The translations under genes were made by a program, and so were the position numbers. This document shows positions 26,407 to 30,796 of a DNA stretch of 30,796 bases, in pieces (within the stretch, counting starts at the first letter, position 1; each line of letters begins with the position of its first letter). The DNA is taken from the NCBI GenBank assembly GCA_043753795.1, contig JAYUWA010000534.1, positions 1 through 30,796 on the forward strand, given 5' to 3'. The DNA is from Bacteroidota bacterium. Its GTDB lineage: Bacteria; Bacteroidota; Bacteroidia; AKYH767-A; 2013-40CM-41-45. Under the pieces are notes generated by a model. That model ran no database searches. It was given only the letters and a program-made list of their open reading frames with translations, and had not been told where the DNA came from.

Positions 26407-27264
26407 ATGAAAAGGTTCTTAACACGCTCACTGGCATTTGGTATGATTGCAATGATTGCTGTTTCTTGCAGTAATAACAAACCTGAGCAAACAACTGATG
26501 AATTTGCAGATACGACTACAGTTGTTGACACAGCAAAACAAAAAGCCAGAGAGAAACTAGAATTTAAATTCTTTTACACAATTGCCAACCTTCCATCACC
26601 GATGGAAATGATAAATGCCATTTATGAGAATAATGTTCCGTTCAACAGAGATTTGCTAAACTCATCATCGAAAGCATCCAACTATAGTACAGCCTATAAA
26701 AAAGCAGTCAACTATGGTATTTATGGAATTGATATGGCCTACACAGCTTTTTATGGACAAAATCAAGATCTGCTGGACTATTATTCTACAACAAAAAAAA
26801 TGGCAGAGAAGTTAGGAGTTCAGGAAACTTTTGACAATTTCACTTCCAGCTTCCGTGAAAATTCGGATAACAGAGATTCATTGGTAAAGATAATTGATCG
26901 TGCATATACAGAAACTGATTCGTATCTGAGAAGTAATCGCCGGCTGGAAGTTGCATCGCATGTATTAGCCGGATCCATAGTAGAAGTTCAGTATCTGAGT
27001 ATTGAGCTTTTGAAAAACATGGAATACGGGCCGTCGAATGCAGATCTTTTTGAGCGCGTGTACAATCAAAAACTTTATCTTGACAATCTGATCAATTTAT
27101 TTTCCGATCTTAATAACTACCCAAGTTCTGCGCAATTGCTTGAGCAGTTAAAAGGCGTAAAAGTCGTTTTTGATGAAGTCAAAGAACCAAAACAACTTAC
27201 AAAAGAAAACCTAGCAAAAATGAGTGCAGCAATGGGCGCTGTGCGAGCGGATATGATTAAATAA
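26407..27264 (+). CDS. Lipoprotein of unknown function (alpha-helical)
   Basis: Signal MKRFLTRSLAFGMIAMIAVS-C (ORF track starts at 26362). LPSPMEM...KKAVNYGIYGIDMAY. No catalytic motif recognised. Confidence 0.8.
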   Translation: MKRFLTRSLAFGMIAMIAVSCSNNKPEQTTDEFADTTTVVDTAKQKAREKLEFKFFYTIANLPSPMEMINAIYENNVPFNRDLLNSSSKASNYSTAYKKAVNYGIYGIDMAYTAFYGQNQDLLDYYSTTKKMAEKLGVQETFDNFTSSFRENSDNRDSLVKIIDRAYTETDSYLRSNRRLEVASHVLAGSIVEVQYLSIELLKNMEYGPSNADLFERVYNQKLYLDNLINLFSDLNNYPSSAQLLEQLKGVKVVFDEVKEPKQLTKENLAKMSAAMGAVRADMIK

Positions 27265-27270
27265 TTGATC

Positions 27271-27466
27271 AAGGGCAAGGGTCAAGGGTCAAGGGTCAAG
27301 GGTAAAAGGTCAAAGGTCAAAGGTCAAAGGTCAAAGGTCAAAGGTCAAAAGATATTAGTTAAATTTTATCCTATAATATTAAAGGAGGAATTTGTTCCTC
27401 CTTTAATATTTATTGAATCAAATTAATTGCAATGTCATTAACCTTTGACCCTTAACCATTGACCCT
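27271..27466. repeat. (AGGGTCA/AAGGTCA)n array, central hairpin and inverted heptamer arm
   Basis: About 11 units at 27271-27347, including 6 perfect AAGGTCA at 27306-27347. Reverse arm TAACCTT-TGACCCT-TAACCAT-TGACCCT at 27439-27466. Confidence 0.97.
27375..27410. terminator. Perfect 16-bp hairpin (possible terminator)
   Basis: AATATTAAAGGAGGAA-TTTG-TTCCTCCTTTAATATT. Confidence 0.6.
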
Positions 27467-27508
27467 TTTGTTTTAAATATTTGACTTTTCAGCTTATACG
27501 TATTTTGC

Positions 27509-27516
27509 TATATTTG
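27509..27516 (+). promoter_or_regulatory. -7 promoter element TATATTTG for the ABC gene
   Basis: Exact TAnnTTTG ending 8 nt before the ATG at 27524. Confidence 0.55.
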
Positions 27517-27523
27517 ACTACCT

Positions 27524-30500
27524 ATGAGTGAAAAAATACTCCAGGCTCTGATGCAACTTTTTGCGATCGGAGCCGCACTGGAACGATTAACATTACAAAG
27601 CCGATCTGTTGTTGAAGCTTTTTTAAGACAGCAAGTTAGCTTGCAGCGAGTCGACGAATATCTGCGACTTTTTGATGAATACATGGAAAAGTATTCAGGT
27701 GGTGGCGATGATATTACGCGCACACGAAAAAAAATTGCCTTCAGCTCGGTACGTGCATTGCGGATCTGTACTGAGATCAACAAGGAATTAAATACTCGCC
27801 AAAAGTACATCGTTTTTTTACGTCTTGCAGAATTTATGCAATCATCGGAACTTGAAATCACGGAGCCGGAAAAAGAATTTTTAGAAACGGTTGCAAATGT
27901 TTTTAATATCAGCAACGAAGAATATTCACTATGTCAATCGCTTGCTTCATCAAAATCTACTCTTAAAGATTTTGATTCACAAAACGTATTAATAGTAAAT
28001 GCAAGAGAGAACATCGATATTCAAAATGCGCATCAGTTGTTGCATGACGATCTTGATGGAATAATGATCTTTCTATATCTGAAAAATGCAGGCATATTTT
28101 TCTTATCGTATCGTGGTCAGGACTCATTTATCGCAAATGGACAACCTATCGACAGCATCCGTGCAGCAGTTATTACACAAGGAGCTGTTATCAGATGTTC
28201 ACGTTTAAAGCCGATCTATTACAGAGACATCATCAGACCATTTCTTTCGGCAAATGAATCTGATACATTTCAATTTTCTGCAAGAAATATTGACTATGTA
28301 TTTAGCAATGGAAAGAAAGGATTACACAATATCAATTTCACTGTAAACTCAGGCAACTTAACCGGAATAATGGGTGGCAGTGGTGCAGGGAAATCTACAT
28401 TACTGAATGTTCTGAATGGAAGCATGAAGCCTTCATCAGGACAGGTTCTGATCAATGGAAAAAATATTTACGAAGGAAATATTGCTGAAGGACTCATTGG
28501 AAATATTCCGCAGGACGATCTGTTGATAGAAGAACTGAGTGTCTTCCAGAATTTATTTTACAATACAAAATTATGTTTCGGCGAATTGAGTGATGAAGCC
28601 ATCAATACGAAAGTACTGGATGTGCTCGATTCACTAGGATTGATGGAGATCAAAGATCTTAAGGTCGGAAGTGTTTTAAACAAGACGATAAGCGGCGGAC
28701 AAAGAAAGCGGTTGAATATAGGATTGGAATTAGTAAGAGAACCTTCTATTCTTTTTGTTGACGAGCCAACCTCCGGTCTTTCATCTCGGGATGCTGAAAA
28801 CGTAATGGATCTTCTTAAACAACTTGCATTAAGTGGCAAGTTGATTTTTGTTGTTATTCATCAACCATCTTCAGACATATTCCGTTTGTTCGATCAGCTT
28901 TATATGCTGGATACCGGTGGTTATCCGGTATACTTCGGAAATCCTGCTGATGCCTTGATCTATTTCAAGCGTCAAGTACACCTCACAGATGCTGAACAAA
29001 GTGAATGTTCAGTTTGCGGAAATATTAATCCGGAGCAGCTTTTCAATATCATAGAACTTCATGAAGTAGATGAATTCGGCAAGTCAACCAACAATAGAAA
29101 AGTTACACCAAAAGAATGGAATGAGCTGTACAAAAATGTTGAAGCATCAACTGTTGAAGACAGTAAACTGGAATTGTCCGTAAAGAGAAATAAAAAAGCC
29201 AGCCCATTTGCTCAATGGAAAATTTTCTCCACCAGGGATTTGCTATCTAAACTCAGTAACAAACAATACATGCTGATCAATTTACTGGAGGCACCTGTAT
29301 TGGCTTTGGTACTTGGTTTTATTCTTCGTTATTCATCCGCATCAAACTATGAACTGATCTCCAATCCAAATTTACCTGCTTATCTTTTTATCTGCGTCAT
29401 TGTTTCATTGTTCATGGGATTGTCTGTTAGTGCGGAAGAGATCATCCGTGACAGGAAGATAAGACAGCGGGAGAAGTTTTTACATTTAAGTAAAACGAGT
29501 TACTTTCTCAGTAAGGTAAGTTTGCTGTTTATCATTTCAGCAATTCAAACATTATGTTTTGTGTTGATTGGAAATGCATTGATGGGAATTCACGATATGA
29601 ATATGACTTATTGGATGATCTTATTCACAACAAGTTGTTTTGCAAATTTACTTGGATTAAATATTTCAGCAGCTCTTGATTCTGCAGTTACTGTCTACAT
29701 ATTGATTCCATTTCTGCTGATACCACAAATATTATTAAGTGGAGTGATCGTCAGATACGATAAATTACATCCACTGATAAATTGCAATGAAGGAGTTCCT
29801 TTGATTGGAAATGTAATGACTTCACGTTGGTCGTATGAAGCACTCACAGTTGAGCAGTTCGCCAACAATCCATTTGAAAAACAATTTTACGCAGAAGAAG
29901 CTGCTATGAGTCAGGCAACCTATAAAAAAGACTGGTGGATAGCAGCAATGCGTGAAAAGACTGATCGATTGGAAAGAATGATGCTGAACAAAGTCAATAA
30001 AGATTCAATCCTGGTCCCAATAACAATTCTGAAAACAGAATTAAGCAATGAACATTCCCTAAATGCTTCAAAAAAGTCGCAACTTATCTTACAACTCAGT
30101 TATGAAAAAGTAAATAGCGGTACGATACCTCAGCTTCGCGCTACACTAGATGGATTGAGAGAATTCTACATAGATAAATTCAACAAAGCCAATGAAGCAA
30201 AAGAATTGAAGATTGCGCACATGACATCAGGTCAAAACGGAGAATCAGAATTTCTCTTCATGAAAAACCGCTATGAAAATGAAAGTCTGGAAGAGATGGT
30301 AAGAAATAGTAATCAGGTAGAACGTTTAGTTGTTACTGACGAAAAGATCATTCAGCGATTCGAACCTGTTTTCCATAATAATCCAAATGAGGAATTTTCA
30401 AAAGCTCCAATGTTTTCATATTCAAAAAATGTCTTTGGAAATAAAACAAGTACCTTATACATAAACATGCTGGTAATCTGGCTTATGTCACTTTCACTTT

Positions 30501-30565
30501 ATGTGACGCTGCAGTTTGATGTTTTCAGGAAGGTGATTGGAATGTTTTCAAAACGAAAGCAGTAA
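27524..30565 (+). CDS. Fused ABC transporter (NBD plus ABC2-type TMD, ABCG-like) with a TerB-like N-terminal extension
   Basis: Walker A GGSGAGKS, signature ISGGQRKR, Walker B ILFVDEPTSGLS, H-loop VIHQP, and multi-TM ABC2 domain with SRWSYEAL. About 250-aa N-terminal extension (TerB-like call is inferred). Confidence 0.9.
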   Translation: MSEKILQALMQLFAIGAALERLTLQSRSVVEAFLRQQVSLQRVDEYLRLFDEYMEKYSGGGDDITRTRKKIAFSSVRALRICTEINKELNTRQKYIVFLRLAEFMQSSELEITEPEKEFLETVANVFNISNEEYSLCQSLASSKSTLKDFDSQNVLIVNARENIDIQNAHQLLHDDLDGIMIFLYLKNAGIFFLSYRGQDSFIANGQPIDSIRAAVITQGAVIRCSRLKPIYYRDIIRPFLSANESDTFQFSARNIDYVFSNGKKGLHNINFTVNSGNLTGIMGGSGAGKSTLLNVLNGSMKPSSGQVLINGKNIYEGNIAEGLIGNIPQDDLLIEELSVFQNLFYNTKLCFGELSDEAINTKVLDVLDSLGLMEIKDLKVGSVLNKTISGGQRKRLNIGLELVREPSILFVDEPTSGLSSRDAENVMDLLKQLALSGKLIFVVIHQPSSDIFRLFDQLYMLDTGGYPVYFGNPADALIYFKRQVHLTDAEQSECSVCGNINPEQLFNIIELHEVDEFGKSTNNRKVTPKEWNELYKNVEASTVEDSKLELSVKRNKKASPFAQWKIFSTRDLLSKLSNKQYMLINLLEAPVLALVLGFILRYSSASNYELISNPNLPAYLFICVIVSLFMGLSVSAEEIIRDRKIRQREKFLHLSKTSYFLSKVSLLFIISAIQTLCFVLIGNALMGIHDMNMTYWMILFTTSCFANLLGLNISAALDSAVTVYILIPFLLIPQILLSGVIVRYDKLHPLINCNEGVPLIGNVMTSRWSYEALTVEQFANNPFEKQFYAEEAAMSQATYKKDWWIAAMREKTDRLERMMLNKVNKDSILVPITILKTELSNEHSLNASKKSQLILQLSYEKVNSGTIPQLRATLDGLREFYIDKFNKANEAKELKIAHMTSGQNGESEFLFMKNRYENESLEEMVRNSNQVERLVVTDEKIIQRFEPVFHNNPNEEFSKAPMFSYSKNVFGNKTSTLYINMLVIWLMSLSLYVTLQFDVFRKVIGMFSKRKQ

Positions 30566-30605
30566 AAAATTAAACACTAAGAGTGCACTAAAATTAGTCA
30601 CAAGA
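30564..30605. repeat. Second copy of the ACACTAA-type dispersed repeat
   Basis: AAAAAATTAAACACTAAGAGTGCACTAAAATTAGTCACAAGA versus 20078-20117. Confidence 0.7.
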
Positions 30606-30646
30606 GCATGCATTCTTACTTGTAAACCCTTTGTTCGAAATTATTG

Positions 30647-30718
30647 CCCCTCGACTTCGCTCGGGGACCGCCCTTCGACTTCGCTCGGGGACCGCCCTTC
30701 GACTTCGCTCGGGGACCG
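30647..30718. repeat. Three tandem 24-bp REP-like units
   Basis: CCC(C/T)TCGACTTCGCTCGGGGACCG x3 with no spacers. Each unit can fold into a GC hairpin. Confidence 0.95.
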
Positions 30719-30740
30719 TCTTATAAGTGGTAATGTGTGA

Positions 30741-30796
30741 ATTTTTTGCGAAGAAAATTTAACTTCAATTTTAAGGGAATTTTCTTCGCAAAAAAT
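30741..30796. repeat. Perfect 19-bp inverted repeat with 18-bp spacer
   Basis: ATTTTTTGCGAAGAAAATT (30741-30759) and AATTTTCTTCGCAAAAAAT (30778-30796). Confidence 0.9.

Noticed and set aside
27508-27915. 135-aa minus-strand ORF
   Set aside because: It is antisense to the well-supported ABC gene and has no recognisable motif.
920-28839. The many other 60-133-aa ORFs nested in or antisense to long genes (e.g. 4151-4441, 5687-6052, 7016-7378, 11699-12013, 18276-18587, 22708-23109, 24846-25181)
   Set aside because: They are shadow ORFs of motif-supported genes with no independent evidence.
30647-30718. Possible CRISPR array (24-bp repeats)
   Set aside because: The units are directly adjacent with no spacers, and no cas genes are in the window.
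30537-30740. 67-aa ORF with PSTSLGDR x3
   Set aside because: It is the translation of the 24-bp DNA repeat, overlaps the ABC gene end and has no protein-like features.
1-30796. tRNA, rRNA or riboswitch (including a cobalamin riboswitch before the B12 enzymes)
   Set aside because: No cloverleaf, rRNA-like stretch or B12-box was recognised in the intergenic regions by eye. An Infernal/Rfam scan would be decisive.

Overview
A 30.8-kb chromosomal window from an AT-rich bacterium that is almost certainly Bacteroidota: it has two proteins with T9SS-type C-terminal domains, several TAnnTTTG (-7) promoter motifs and A-rich leaders. Left end (1-7704, minus strand): a tightly packed candidate biosynthetic or envelope-modification cluster. 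It encodes a GT87-like membrane glycosyltransferase, two B12-binding radical SAM enzymes, two class I SAM methyltransferases (one HemK-like with an NPPF motif) and a Pol-beta-type nucleotidyltransferase, followed by an ECF sigma factor and the first codons of a probable anti-sigma factor. Middle: mostly housekeeping genes, namely an acyl-CoA (probably glutaryl-CoA) dehydrogenase, a T9SS-secreted protein, hemW, an orphan histidine kinase, an AsmA-like protein, a T9SS beta-propeller protein, a DUF885 lipoprotein, Mn-type SOD, a PAP2 phosphatase, an S41 protease and dCMP deaminase. Next comes an AT-rich two-gene module, a truncated ORF plus an XRE/HigA-like HTH protein, which looks like a disarmed toxin-antitoxin pair. 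Right end: a TMTC-like GT-C/TPR protein, a lipoprotein of unknown function and a 1013-aa ABCG-like fused exporter. Many intergenic regions carry short-period repeats: (AAGGTCA)n arrays with inverted partner arms, (AATCCGA)4, mirrored ATCTGCG palindromes, an ACACTAA-type dispersed repeat, a 3x24-bp tandem repeat and a perfect 19-bp inverted repeat. I found no support for rRNA, tRNA, CRISPR arrays or transposases. All calls come from motif recognition by eye; no database searches were run.
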